The notes under the pieces: model-generated
Databases searched by the model: none
Told to the model about the DNA's origin: nothing
What the model saw: the letters and a program-made list of their open reading frames with translations, nothing else
Shown here: piece after piece, positions 25,801 through 39,199 of the stretch
Position numbering within the stretch: position 1 is the stretch's first letter
How the letters are laid out: each line of letters begins with the position of its first letter
Position numbers and translations under genes: made by a program
NCBI RefSeq assembly: GCF_009914755.1
Contig: NC_060926.1
Direction: 5' to 3' (one strand)
DNA: 64,000 nt
Source: the human T2T-CHM13v2.0 reference genome, Homo sapiens

Positions 25801-28755
25801 TGGCAGCTTCCACATGGTGTTGAGCCTGCAAATGCACAGAAGTCAGGAATTGGGGTTTGGGAACCTCCACATAGATTTCAGAAGATGTAAGAAAATGCCT
25901 GGATGCCCAGGCGGAAGTTTGCTACACAGGCAGGGCCCTCATGGAGAATCTCTGCTAGGGCAGTGCAGAAGGGAAATGTAGGGTCAGAGCCCCAACACAG
26001 AGTCCCTACTGGGGACTTCTCACCACCTAGTGGAGCTGTGAGAAGAAGGCCACAATCCTCCAGACCCCAGAATGGCAGATCCACTGACAGCTTGCATCAT
26101 ACACCTGGAAAAGCCGCAGTTACTCAATACCAGTTGGTGAAAGTAGCTGGGAGGAGGCTGTACCCTACAAAGCTGCAGGGGCGGAGCTGTCTCTTGCATC
26201 AGCCCACCTTTTGCATCAGCATGACCTGGATGAGAGACATGGAGTCAAAGGATATCATTTTGGAGCTAAGATTTGACTGCCCACTGGATATTGGACTTGC
26301 ATGGGGCCTGTAGCCCCTTTGTTTTGGCCAATTTCTCCCATTAGGAACGGCTGTATTTTCCCAATGCCTGTACCCCGATTGTATCTAGGAAGTAACTAAC
26401 TTGCTTTTAATTTTACAGGCTCATAGGTGGAGGGGACTTGCCTTGTCTCAGATGAGACTTTGGACTATGGACTTTTCAGTTAATGATGAAATGAGTTAAG
26501 ACTTTAGGGGACTGTTGGGAAGGCATGATTTGTTTTGAAATGTGAGAACATGAGATTTGGGAGACGCCAGGAGTGGAATGATATGATTTGGCTGTGTCCT
26601 CACCCAAATATCATCTTGAATTCTCACACATTGTGTGAGGGACACAGTGGGAGGTAATTGAATCATGGGAGCAAGTCTTTCCCATGCTGTTCTCATGATA
26701 GGGAATGTCTCATGGGATCTGATGGTTTTTATAAAGAGGAGTTCCCCTTCACAAATTATCTCTCTTTGCCTGATGTCATCCATGTAAGAAGTGACTTGCC
26801 TTCTGCCATGATTTTGAGGCCTATCCATCCATATGGAACTGTAAGTCCATTAAAGCTCTTTCTTTTATAAATTCCCAAATCCTGGGTATGTCTTTATCAC
26901 CAGCAAGAAAATGGACTACTACAGATCCTGAAGAAAGGCTTTCTGAAATAAGAAATTCAGACAAGAAAAGAGAAAAAAGAATGAAAAAAAGTGAAGAAAA
27001 GCTCCAGAAAATATGAGATTATGTAAAAAGACCAAATCGTTGACTCATTGGTGTCCCTGAAAGAGATGAAGAGAGTATAGCAACTTGGAAAACATATTTC
27101 AGGATATTATCTATGAGAACTTACCCAACCTAGCTAGAGAGACCAACATTCAAATTCAGGAAACACAGATAACCCCATGAAGATACTCCACAAGAAGATC
27201 ATCCCCAAGACACATAATCATAAGATTCTCCAAGTTCAAAATGAAAGAAATAATGTTAAAGGCAGCTAGAAAGTTCAAGTCACTTACAAAGAAAGGGTCA
27301 TCAGACAAATAGCAGAAACCTTACAAGCCAGAAGAGATTGGGAGTCAACATTCAACATTCTTAAATAAAAGAAATTCCAACCAAGAATTTCATATACAGA
27401 CAACCTAAGATTCATAAGCAAAGCAGAAATAAGATTATTTTCAGACAAGCAAATGCTGAGTGGATTCATTACCACCAGACCCACCTTACAAGAGTTTCTG
27501 AAGGAAGCTCTAAATATGGAAAGGAAAGACCATTACCAGCCACTACATAAACGCATTTAAGTACCCAAAGCAGTGATACTATAAAGCAACCACACAAACC
27601 AGTCTGCGTAATATCCAGCTAACATCATGATGACAGGATCAAATTCACAAATACCAATACTAACTTTGAATGCAAATGGGCTAAATGCCTCAATTAAAAG
27701 GCACACTGTGGAAAGCTGGATAAAGAACCAAGACATACTGGCATGCTGTCTTCAAGAGACCCATCTCACGTGCAATGACACCCATAGGGTCAAAATAAAG
27801 GGATGGAGAAAAATCTAACAAGCAAATGGAAAATAGGAAAAACAGAGATTGTATACCTAATTTCAGACAAAACAGACTTTAAACCAACAATGACTACAAA
27901 AGATAAAGGCATTACATAATAGTGAAGAAGCATTCAGTTCAACAAAAATACTTAACTATCCTAAATATATATTATGCACCCAACACAGTATATGAAAAAG
28001 AGCTCAACAGCACTGATCATTAGAGAAATATAAGTCAAAACCATAATAAGACACCATCTCACAACAGTCAGAATGACTATTACTAAAAAGTCAAAAAATA
28101 ATAGGTGCTAGCAAGGTTGCAGAGAAAAAGTAATGCTTACACATTGTTGGTAGAAGTGTAAATTGGTTTAACCATTGTGGAAAACAATGTGGTGATTCCT
28201 CACAAACCAAAAAACAGAGCTATTTTATGACCCAGCTGTCCCATTGCTGGTTATATACCCAGAGGAATATAAATTATTCTATCATAAAGACCCATACATG
28301 CAAATGTTCATTGCAGCATGATTCACAATGGCAAAGACATGGAATCAACATAAATGCCCATAAGCAGTAAACTGGATAAGGAATACATATATACCACAGC
28401 ATCCTATGTAGTCATGAAAAGGAATGAGACCATGTCCTTTTCAGGGACATGGATGCAGCTGGAGAACATTAGTCTTAGCAAACTAATGCAGGAAGAGAAA
28501 ACCCAATACCACATGTTCTCACTTATAAGTGGGCACTAATTGACGAAAACATATGGACACTTAGAGGAGAACAACAGACACTGGGGGCTACTGGAGAGTG
28601 GAGGGTGAGAGGAGGGAGAGGATCCGGAAAAATAACTAATGGGTAGTAGGCTTAATCCCTGGGTGATGAAATAATCTGTAAAACAAACCCCCATGACATG
28701 AGTTTTCCTATATAACAAACCTGTACATTTACCCATGAATTTAAATGTTAAAAAA
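22850..28755 (+). mobile_element. Older L1PA (about PA13-16/L1PREC2): 5' UTR, ORF1 interrupted by THE1, ORF2 with large internal deletion, 3' UTR
   Basis: GC-rich 5' UTR runs to ~24290 and ORF1-like sequence to ~27600. ORF2 starts MMTGSNSQIPILTLNANGLN..CCLQETHL at 27627. The C-terminus HMFSLISG and the 3' UTR end in an A-run near 28755. The 5' boundary is approximate. Confidence 0.85.
24667..26923 (+). mobile_element. Full-length THE1 MaLR element (LTR 24667-25000, internal 25001-26578, LTR 26579-26923)
   Basis: Two TG..CA LTRs, with the internal region starting GTAAACTGGTACCAGTAGAGTGGG. TSD GAGCC/GATCC lies at 24662-24666 and 26924-26928. L1 ORF1 is continuous once the element is removed. 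Confidence 0.93.
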
Positions 28756-30879
28756 CTATATTTATTTGTTCAGTCATATTATTAATTAAATTAAATATGT
28801 GTTTTTAAAATCTTCTTCTCTGGAAAACTTGGCTATAGGTGGGAAAAAGAATCACTTAAATTACACAAGAATAGTATTTGTAACCTCAAACAATGCTAAA
28901 ACATAATTTACTTTTAATGTAAATATTATTTATTATTGCCATTCAGTCAATGTAATTAGTGCATGGAAACATGAGACATGGAGAAAAAAAAAAATATATA
29001 TATATATATATTTCATATATAATTAATTATAACATATAAGACCTAAGTGTATTTGTGTGGACAACATTTTATAACATTCCAGTTGGCACTGGTGTTAAGT
29101 TTCTTAACTGAGAAACCAATACAGAAAGGTAAGGATGTTTTATAGGGTTCCACCCAAAGCTACTACTGATTAATTTCAAAAGATTTCCTTTGCAGATTTT
29201 CCACTGCCTTAACAGTAGCTGTGAAGCACTTGGGATGAGACACCATTTCCTTTATTTACAGGAAGTGTTGCTAAGTTGGGGCTTCTATACTTACCATGAC
29301 ATTTTATTTCAGAAAGATAAAGAAAAATAAGCAAGGATTTTGGCAGATGATTTCTCTGTGATTATAAAACAGGATTACCTGAAAAGTAGTGTCCTAAGGA
29401 AATAGCATTAGTGGAAACATAGTACTTATAAGGTAATCATTGTTTCTAGACATTTTGGACAATTTTTTAAATATAGAAATATCTCATTTTATTTCAAATG
29501 CTATTATTTTAATAAATTGTAGCATAAAATATGATATTAAAATATTAAATTATGGCTTTTTATGAGTAAGACACTGGCTCATTCAGCCAACTGACAACTT
29601 TTGATTTCAGATACCTCTGAGAAAGGCCAGGAGAGGTCACTGAGAGAGCAGCATTGACATAGCAACGAAGTTAGATTTCTTCCCATTGGAATTCTTCTCT
29701 ACTTGTTATAAAAACACATAGAAAGATTTCATTGCTTAAGGAAGAAACTCTATATAGAATTTGTAATCTCCAAGGCTAATTCTCTCGCTTTTTTTTTTTT
29801 TTTTTGTCTTGCACGTGTTTAGCACCACATGCCAATACTACTTAGCTCACATTTTCCTGACCAAGAAGCCACTTGGGTTTAATTTTGGGCTTTCCAAAGA
29901 ATCATTAGCAACAAAAAATAAATTGAGAAAATGACAGACTTTTTTTCATGAAGCATTAATGAAATTGGAGATTATGTTTTCAATAAATATTCAACTCACA
30001 TTTTATTTTTATTGTAACATGAAATAACACTTCATATTCACCATAGTTATTAACATGTATACACAAATGCTAAGAGGAGATAGTTGTGTTACTTAGGTAG
30101 ACACTTCAATGCGTTTATAATTTAAACTCTAGATTAAAGGTTTATCCTACATAGTGGAAAACTTAGATCTGCAAAAAGATTATACTAGATTTTCTTGGAC
30201 ACAACTGAGTTATTATAGTAAGCATACGTACTTTAAAAATGGATATAAAATGTATGAAGGCAAAACAAATTACTTAGTGGAGAGATCATCAAATAAGCTC
30301 AAGAACAGATTTTTAACCTCTCTTACAATATGTCATCACACAAAGAGGGTAAAATAATTTAAATCACAAAAGCATTAAGACTGATGAATATTGAAGTATC
30401 ACTAAACTATCAAAATTGCCAGTTTGCAGAGATATCACATACAACGATGAACACAGAAAATTAATGACATAGGGACACATAAAAATTATTTTAGATTTTT
30501 TTCTTAGAAAAATACATGTGAAAAAGCTAACTGAAAATTTCTAGAAAGACAAGAACAACTAAAAACATTGGATGGAGTGGAAAGAAGGAAGAGTAAATTA
30601 AAGAAGAAAGAATTACAGGAAGAGAAAGTTACAGCAAGAACGAGGAATAAAAAGAGAGAAAATGAGGGGAAAGACTGACTCTACTCTGTGCAAGATGGAG
30701 AGTTTCAAATTAAAAATTCAGGCAAGAACCAAAATTTAAAGGAAAAGGAAGGAGAAACTATAAGTCATTTTAATGAGTTAGACTTGTATATTTGGGCTTT
30801 GCCCTTCTGAGAGCAATTGATCTCTTGTTGCTTCATTGATTCATACTGTTTATAATAATAAAAATGGTGTGGAGAGCTA

Positions 30880-31110
30880 ACATATGTAAGAATTTGCTAA
30901 GTTTCAGGAATTATGCTAAGCACTTTACATGCATTGTCTCTTAGAACACTTAGAGTAACTCTGTAATAGTTTACAGATGAGTATGTCAATGTTCAGGGCA
31001 ATTAGGAAACTTGTTCTTGGCCACATGGTTAGTAAGAGTTTGTAAAGACAGAAGTTGCATGCCTAATTTCTAATTCCAAATCCTGAGCCATTGAATTTGC
31101 TCTGCTGTCT
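30880..31110 (-). mobile_element. MIR
   Basis: Contains TGCTAAGCACTTTACATGCATT, TTTACAGATGAG and GGCCACATGGTTAGTAAG. Confidence 0.65.
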
Positions 31111-31837
31111 CCCCAAGGCTCTTCCACAGAGAAGGTCAATTCTAAAAGGAATAATAAATGTAACCCACTAGGTACTTTTTTTTTTCTTTTGGGATACTGC
31201 AGCACTCACGCTGCTAGCTTTGGCTTATAACAGAATTACAATTTGGAGCCAAACATTTCCATACCTCTTCAAAAGTATCCCTGAGGTTTATACCACAAAG
31301 AATGTTTGTGGGCAGAGTGGGAGGAGGGACAAAGAGGCACTCAACTTTGCAAAATGAAAGAAGGAAAAAAAAAAGAGAGAGAGGGAAAAGAAAGAGAAAA
31401 GGACAAAAAGAGAAAGAAGAAAGCAAGGCAGAGAAGCAAAAGTCTGAAAAAATTAGAGACATTAGACATTGTTAGAATATCAATTAGACACATTCTCTCA
31501 CAAGAATAAGGGGCTTATATAACTGAAGTTTGAAACCAGAAGTGTGTGGTGATGGGATATGAAGAATGTTTGTGCAATAAAGCTAATATGTAACACATAT
31601 ATGAAGTAGACGCTCTTCTAACCTTTACAAATGTTACTCAGTTTAAAGCAAACCAACTTATATTCTCAGTCCTATTTTTATCCCACAGCTAAAAGTGGTA
31701 AAGGTGGGATGTGAAATGAGTGGGTTGTCTGCAGAGTCCATGGTCTAAAAGATCTCCATAAAATGTAAAACTACAATATTAGTAATATGGTTAAATCTCT
31801 TTACTTTTCTCACTGAACCATAGTAGCTTTGGGCTAG

Positions 31838-32000
31838 AACAATTCTTAAATATTAATGTCTAGACAAATCACTCACAGGCCTTGTTATAACCCGGATTCT
31901 AATTAGCAGGTTTGGGTTGGGATATGGGGCTCTGGATGTCTAATAACTTCCTAGGTGATATTGATGCTGTTGATCTACAGAACAACACTGTAAACAGCAA
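31838..32000. mobile_element. MER5A/B hAT MITE
   Basis: Contains GATTCTAATTAGCAGGTTTGGG and CTAATAACTTCCTAGGTGATATTGATGCTG. Confidence 0.65.
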
Positions 32001-32068
32001 AAGTTTAATTTCCAGAAGGGAATGGGGTTGGGGACATTGTGAAATGACAAGGAGGATAGTAAAGAACC

Positions 32069-32449
32069 TGGGACATTATGATTATGTGTATGTGTTGGTT
32101 TTTGTCCACGATTCTTGCTTATAACTCTTATGGCCCTTGTTACAGTCTTTTGTTATAATGTTGAGTATATTATGTCTTGGGAGTAGGCCTCAGGAAACAG
32201 AATTTCTCTCTCTCTCTCTCTGCCCTTTCCTATTGTCCTTTCATTTGCCCATGACAGGACTCTAATCTGATTCTGGGTCAAAAGACCCTCCAGAAAGGGT
32301 CCTGCTCCATATCTTAGAGGAAGAAATGCTACATAGAGGCCAAGAAAAATCTGAATAGACAGGCCTTGCTAGGCTTAGATCATGTGCTTTTGTCCAATTA
32401 TATTTCCACACAGATATCAATCATGCCTAGGTAATGAAGCCTCCATAAA

Positions 32450-32488
<39 letters not shown>

Positions 32489-33003
32489 AACAGGGTTCAG
32501 AGAGATTCTGGATAGCTGACCACGCTGAGGTTCCTGAAGGGTGGTGCATCCAGGAAGGGCAGGGACGCTTCATGCCTTTTCTTCCATACTTTGCCCCATA
32601 TCTCTTCATCTTTATCCTGTGTAATATCCTTTATAATAAACCTATAAACATTAGTAACTGTTTCCCTGAGTTCTGTGTGCTGCCCCAGCCAGTTATTCAA
32701 GCCTAAAGTAGGGATCAATTGGATCTCAATTTGAAGAGTTCATCAGAAGTTCCAGAAGCCCAGACTTGTGAATGGTATCTGCGTGGGGGCAGTCTTGGGG
32801 ACTGAGCCCCCAACCTTTGGGATCTCCAAATAGATAGTGTCAGAATTGAACTGAAGGACACCCAGAGGGTGTCTGTTGCTTGGTTTGTGAAGAAAGACCC
32901 CCACACGTTTTGTCACAGACGTCTTCTTCTGTGTTGACTGTTATTTTGGTTGTAGTGTGAAAGCAGTGGAAAAACATGATTTTAGAGAGTTTTTCCTCAA
33001 ACA
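32069..33003 (+). mobile_element. MER21-family LTR containing a (CAA)n microsatellite at ~32451-32488
   Basis: Contains GTAATGAAGCCTCCATAAAA, TTTATAATAAACC..TGTTTCCCTGAGTTCTGTG and GATAGTGTCAGAATTGAA, as recalled for MER21. Confidence 0.78.
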
Positions 33004-33379
33004 GAATGGTTCAAGAACCAAAGTGGAGTTTAAACATATGATTGATAATGAATAGGCCTTTAGAAATGAAGTAGTCTTAGGGGTCATCACACTGAATGAA
33101 TTTACTTCAAAGGACAGCATCCTTGAAGAGCTTGTGGCTTGGTTCCACAGCAAGTCAAGGATGAAAACTTGTGGCTCCTTTTCCTGTACTTTTGCTGTGT
33201 TCATGCTGCCACAGCAATTCTGAAGATGGTATCTGCTTTCATGGTCTAGCTCAGTCACGAAGGAGGATTAATCACGCCTATTTTTCAAAAGGAATTTGAG
33301 AACATTGTATTCTAATCTTAATTAAAACATATCCCTGGCTTGAAGAAATGTGGATGTTACAAATTAAAGGAAAAGGCTT

Positions 33380-33432
33380 TGTATTAGCCGGTGTTTTCCA
33401 AGAAACAAAAATGATAGGATGTGTATATGTTT

Positions 33433-33488
<56 letters not shown>

Positions 33489-33943
33489 TGATTATAAGGA
33501 ACTGGTTCATGAAATTACGTAAGCTAAATCTCAAGATCTGAAGTTGGCAAGCTAGATACCCAGGAGAGCTGATGGGTACTCGAGGAGAACCAATGGTGTA
33601 GGTTCCAGTCTGAAAGCCAACAGGCTCCACACTGAAGAAAAGCTGATGTTGTATCATAGAGTCTGAAGGACAGAAACAAACAAACAAAATGTCCCAGCTC
33701 CAGTCTAGCAGGAAGAGTTCCTTCTTATTTGCTGGAGGGTCAGTATTTTTGTTCTATGCCAGACTTCAATTGATTAAATGAGGCTCACCCACATTAGTAA
33801 AGGCAATCTGCTTTATTCAGTCCACATATTCAAAGGTGATTCTCATTCAAAAACACCCTCACAGACACACTGAAAATAATATTTGACCAAATATCTGGGC
33901 ACACATGGCCCAGTCAAGTTGACACATAAAATTATCCATCACA
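33380..33943 (-). mobile_element. MLT2 (C/D-like) solo LTR with (CA)n(GA)n at ~33438-33488
   Basis: Runs from TGTATTAG to CAGTCAAGTTGACACATAAAATTATCCATCACA. Flanks GGCTT/GGCCT resemble a TSD. Confidence 0.85.
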
Positions 33944-34304
33944 GGCCTTGAAAACTTGACTTAATTTATGAAAAGCAGTTTATAAAGAACTATGTTAGTT
34001 TTGAAGTCACACTTAGGTTTTCAATGAATCAAGGTTGCAGATGTCCTGACACATTATACCTGGTCTAATTTCAAAACTTTGATCAGCATTGGGAACACTA
34101 TTATTCTTCACATGCCCAAGAGATGGTTCTGTGCATTAATTTACTAGTACATGAGTACTAGGTTTATTATTATTATTTTTTAGTTGCCTCCTTTTGTAGT
34201 GAAAAATTAATATAGCAATTTTACTTTGGCAATACAAAAGAAGTTGATAAACTGGAAACTATTATTCAAAAGCCAGTAGCTATATAGCATAGTAATAACA
34301 ACAG

Positions 34305-34530
34305 AAACACTGAGACAGAAGATGCTGAGTGCAAATATTGGTTCTGCTACCTCTAAACTTGTTCACTTTGATAGAGTTACTTAACTTCCCCAAATTGCAG
34401 TTTTTGCCTCTAAAAATATGAAAAGAAATAAGACCTTCCCATTGTTGTGATGAGTAAATAAAATAATACATAAGAAGTTTCCAAACCTAATACATAGTCA
34501 CATAGGAATATATTGATACAGGCTAACTAA
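34305..34530 (+). mobile_element. MIR
   Basis: Contains the MIR core GGTTCTGCTACC..AGTTACTTAACTTCCCC..CAGTTTTTGCCTCTAAAAAT. Confidence 0.65.
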
Positions 34531-35551
34531 TATTGCTACCATTAATTCTAATTATTTTTCTAAATAAATTGCTATTTACATTATATTTAACATGTATGGA
34601 ATGTGCTGCTTTTAATACATATCCCACATTAGAACAAAGTCCATGTCCTAAGTCCTCAAAGAATGTGGACCAGAAGAAAACACATTTTGTTGTTGTTTCG
34701 GTTGTAAAATTTTTTTGAATAAATTTCTGTTTTATGATACTTTAAATGGGTATTTTATCACCATATCTTTAATAAAATCTATTGTTAGCATGTATATGGC
34801 AGTTTAATACAATTGTATTTCTTGTGTGTAAATACTTTTATGGCTTATTTTTGCCATCAGTGATTTAATTCTGATCACTTCACTTCTGAGGGGAAATTCA
34901 AAATGAATAAGAATATGTGATTTAGGGTCATTTTGTGTTTGACATTATTTAACTATGACTATTCTTGCTAAAGAATTCTGGGAATAAAGAATTTCACTTT
35001 GTGGAAAAGAGTGAAAAGAATGATTATCATGTTTGTCTCTTTATAAAATATCTTGCAGATAATAGTTAAAATTTCCAACTAATAACATAATAAGTTTCTG
35101 TTCTTCTATTACACTTATCAGTTAAAAAAGAATTTCTAAATATATTTACCAGCAAGAACGATTCACTTTGTCATCTTAATGATTTTCTAATGAAGTGTTC
35201 AGGTTTTGTCAAAATTCCCTTGGGCTCTAGGAACATGTGACAGTAACTATTTTTCTATCAATTACTTACTAGTATAAAGGAAGTTCTTATAATGCACAAA
35301 ATTGTGTTATTTCTTTAACTACTCACTTGGCATTTAATAAAAAAACTGCTACTAATTCTTCAGGTAGAGAACTGAGTAAAATATACATCCAAAAGCAGTT
35401 ATATAGTATTAACTAAAAAATGAACTTTGAACTAGGGGTTTCATATTTCAGTCCTCTTATGCAAATCACTTACTATTTTATCTTTTAAAAAACTTTATTG
35501 CATGCCTAAGGTTCCCCAGTCTTATAGAGATAAGCTAATTGTTAGCAGCAT

Positions 35552-35724
35552 AAAATCACAAAGATGGGGAGAAACCAGAGCAGAAAAGCTGAAAATTCTA
35601 AAAATCAGAGTGCCTCTTCTCCTCCAAAGGGTCACAGCTCCTAGCCAGCAATGGAACAATGCTGGACGGAGAATGACTGAGGAGTTGACAGAAGTAGGCT
35701 TCAGAAGATCAGTAATAACAAACT
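35552..35724 (+). mobile_element. L1PA ORF1 5' fragment
   Basis: CACAAAGATGGGGAGAAACCAGAGCAGAAAAGCTGAAAATTCTAAAAATCAGAG is the L1PA ORF1 start. Confidence 0.88.
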
Positions 35725-35860
35725 GATTCAGAATGTAAATCGACCCTCCCTACCTACACCAAATCTTTGGTTTAAAAAGAAAAAAAAAATGAAGAATAAA
35801 TCTATAATGACATTGGAAAAAAATCTCTTAGCCACAAATGTTGAAAAGAATTAAAGATAG

Positions 35861-36272
35861 TCCTGGTGGTGACAAAAATCTCTCAGCATTTGCTTGTCTG
35901 TAAAGGATTCTATTTCTCCTTCACTTATGAAACTTAGTTTGACTGGATATGAAATTCTGGGTTGAAAATTTTTTTCTTTAAGAATGTTGAATATTGGCCC
36001 CCAATCTCTTCAGGCTTGTAGAGTTTCTGCTGAGAGATCCGCTGTTAGTCTGATGGGTTTCCCTTTGTGGGTAACCCGACCTTTCTCTCTGGCTGCCCTT
36101 AACATTTTTTCCTTCATTTCAACCTTGGTAAATCTGACAATTATGCGTCTTGTGGTTTCTCTTCTTGAGGAGTATCTTTGTTTTTGTTCTCTGTATTTCC
36201 TGAATTTGAACGTTCACCTGTCTTGCTAGGTTGGGGAAGTTCTCCTGGATAATATCCTGAAGAGTGTTTTCA
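35861..36272 (-). mobile_element. L1PA ORF1 central/C-terminal fragment
   Basis: Antisense ORF1 sequence, including GAATGTTGAATATTGGCCCC and CCCTTTGTGGGTAACCCGACCTTTCTCTCTGGCTGCCCTTAAC. Confidence 0.9.
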
Positions 36273-36356
36273 TTTAACAGCATGAACAAAAGAAGATATT
36301 AAACTATCACATCTATAAAATAAGAATCATTGGAGAGAGATCAGTCATATATTTTA

Positions 36357-36680
<324 letters not shown>

Positions 36681-36699
36681 CTAAAATAAGTACAGTTAA

Positions 36700-37320
36700 A
36701 TAAATACAGTTAGTAAATATTAATTGAAAACCTAAACTGCAGTCATCTGTCAGAATAAATTAAAAAGAGGGAAAAAATGAAGTTGAAAGTGTGACATAAA
36801 AGTTCAGAGACATAGAAGACACTTCAAAAAGTTTCAGTGTATACCTCAGAGGAATTTCTGAAGTATGAAACTGAAAAATGGTAGAGAGGAAAAAATTAAA
36901 TGAATAATACAGTTTTCCAGAACTGAAAAAAAAATGAAAAGACATTAGCTAGGAGTGGGCAGTATGGTGTGGAATGAGGGTTGAGGGAGGAAACAGTATC
37001 CTGAGTCGAGTGAGTAAACCAAAGGGCCACACCTAACAAAGCTAAGCATTACTAACGGTTTTCAGAAAAAATGAAACAGGTTTCCTGCAAAAAAATGAAA
37101 AACCAAGCTGACATCAGATGTCTCATAGTCAGACTAATTGTTAGAAGACAATGAAGCAGTATCAACAGAGTACTAAGGCAGACACTATGTTGTGTCTAGT
37201 TTCCTACACTCAGGAAAACATTGGCATTTAGGTGAAATGAAGAAAATAGAGATATTTTCAGCGTTCACCACCCTCAGGCCTTACTTGAGATAATTAGATA
37301 AAAATGCACACCAGTAAAAT
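36700..37320 (+). mobile_element. Ancient L1M/HAL1 ORF1-like remnant
   Basis: A-rich sequence containing TTTTCCAGAACTGAAA and GCTGACATCAGATGTCTCA..TTAGAAGACAATG. It is highly diverged. Confidence 0.4.
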
Positions 37321-37800
37321 AAGAAAATAAAGACTAAGGATGAAGTAGAATTCATGGAATAATGGTGAACAACACGCAGTAACATTTAAATAGCTGTAAA
37401 ATCTATAGTTATATCTAAGTTACTATTGATGCATGACATTAAAGAAAAATGGTAATAATTATTAACTAAAATTCTGGGTTACAGCATTCGAGTTGTGTGT
37501 ACAAGTGAATGTGCACAGGTGTTTTGGAGTATTGGGTTTAAAGGCTCACAAAGACTTTTGCTTTATTTAATAGGAAGTCAAAGACTAATTAATGCTAGAT
37601 TTTTAATAGAAAATACAAGATTAAGTGGGCATAAAAATTTTTGCTTAGCTACCATTAACAAAAGAAATCAAATATTTCTAGATAGGTAAGTGAAAAAATG
37701 AAATACTTTCAACCCATTAAAGGAAAATAAACCACACAAGATATACGTTATAGAATACACAAAATAGAATGGTTAAAATTAATGCAAATACACTGGTTAT

Positions 37801-38169
37801 TGTATTAGTCCATTTTCACACTGCTATAAAGATACTGCCTGAGACTGGATAATTTATAAACAAAAAAGGTTTAATTGACTCACAGTTCCACACGGCCAGG
37901 GAGGCCTAAGGAAACTTACAATCACTACAAAAGACAAAGATGGAAGCAAGGCATGTCTTACACAGCAGTAGCAGGAGAGAGAGAGAGCACAGGGGTAAAT
38001 GAGACTTTTAAAACCATGAGATCTCATGAGAATTCCCTCACTATCATGAGAACAGCATGGGGGAAACTGCCTCCATGATCCAATCACTCCCATCAGGTCC
38101 CTCTCTCAACACATGGGGATTACAATTCAAGATGAGATTTGGGTGAGGACACAGAGCCAAGTCATATAT
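37801..38169 (-). mobile_element. MaLR solo LTR (MSTA/THE1D-like)
   Basis: Runs from TGTATTAGTCCATTTTCACACTGCTATAAAG to GAGATTTGGGTGAGGACACAGAGCCAA. Confidence 0.88.
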
Positions 38170-38279
38170 TATGCATCAGAAATGTGGATGTGTTTAATTT
38201 CTACAAAATACAATACTCTGAAATGAGATCAAAATACAAACTTGGCTGTACTTTCTTTCTTTTTGACTATACAGTTTGA

Positions 38280-38652
38280 TGATATGGTCTGGCTTTGTGG
38301 CCCCACCCATATCTGATCTTGAATTGTAATTCAAATTGTAATCCCCACGTGTTGAGGAAGGGATTTCATGAAAGATGATTAGATCATGGAGGCAATTCCC
38401 CCTTGCTGTTCTCATGATAGTGAGATTTCACAAGATCTGATGGTTTTATGAGGGGCTTTCCCCCATTTTACTCTGTACTTCTCCTTCCTGCCACCATGTG
38501 AAGAAGGATGTGTTTGCAGCTTCCACTATGATTGTAAGTTTCCTGAGGCCTCCCCAGCCATGCTGAACTGTGAGTCAATTAAGCCTCTTTCCTTTATAAA
38601 TTACCCAGTCTTAGGCATGTCTCTAGTAGCAGCATGAGAACAGACTAATACA
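38280..38652 (+). mobile_element. MaLR solo LTR (THE1D/MSTA-like)
   Basis: Begins TGATATGGTCTGGCTTTGTG and ends CAGACTAATACA. Confidence 0.88.
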
Positions 38653-38760
38653 GTTGGATTAGCCTAGAAAACTATCTTTTAATACCTATCACCCTACTCT
38701 ATTTCCTTCATAAAAGTTCGGGGCCTCAGGGAAACATTAAACAGTTTATAGAATGAGAGA

Positions 38761-39199
38761 TGTCTTGGTCTGTTTTGTGTTCCTGTAACAGAATACCGGA
38801 GACCCATTAGTTTATAAAGAAAAGAGGTTTATTTGGCTCATAATTCTGGTGGCTGGAAAGTTCAATATGGGGCATCTGCATCTGGTGAAGGGCCTCTTAC
38901 TGCTTCAACTCATGGTGGACAATGGAAAGGGAGCTGGTATGTGCAAAGAAATCACATAGTGAAAAGCAAGAGAGAGAAACCAAGGAGTCAGACTCTTTTT
39001 AACAACCTGCTCTCTTGGGAAGTAACCTATTCCTGAGAGAGTGAGAACTCACCCTCTTAGGAGGGCATGAATCTACTCATGAGGAATCCATCCCTATGAC
39101 ACAAACACCTCTCACTGGCTACTCCTCAGTGCTGCCACATTGGAGATCAAATTTCAACATAGGTTTTGACTTTTGACAGGGGCAAACCAAACCGTAACA
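38761..39199 (-). mobile_element. MaLR solo LTR (MSTB/C/D-like)
   Basis: Runs from TGTCTTGGTCTGTTTTGTGTTCCTGTAACAGAATACC to CAAACCGTAACA. Confidence 0.8.

Noticed and set aside
25597-26313. ORFs of 97-136 aa
   Set aside because: They are fragments of the decayed THE1 internal ORF, not a host gene.
29295-29378. Possible 84-nt minus-strand exon (acceptor ..ACTTTTCAG, donor ATG/GTAAGT)
   Set aside because: The polypyrimidine tract is weak, the frame I translated has a stop, and no partner exons were found. Such motifs occur by chance in 64 kb. RNA-seq would be needed.
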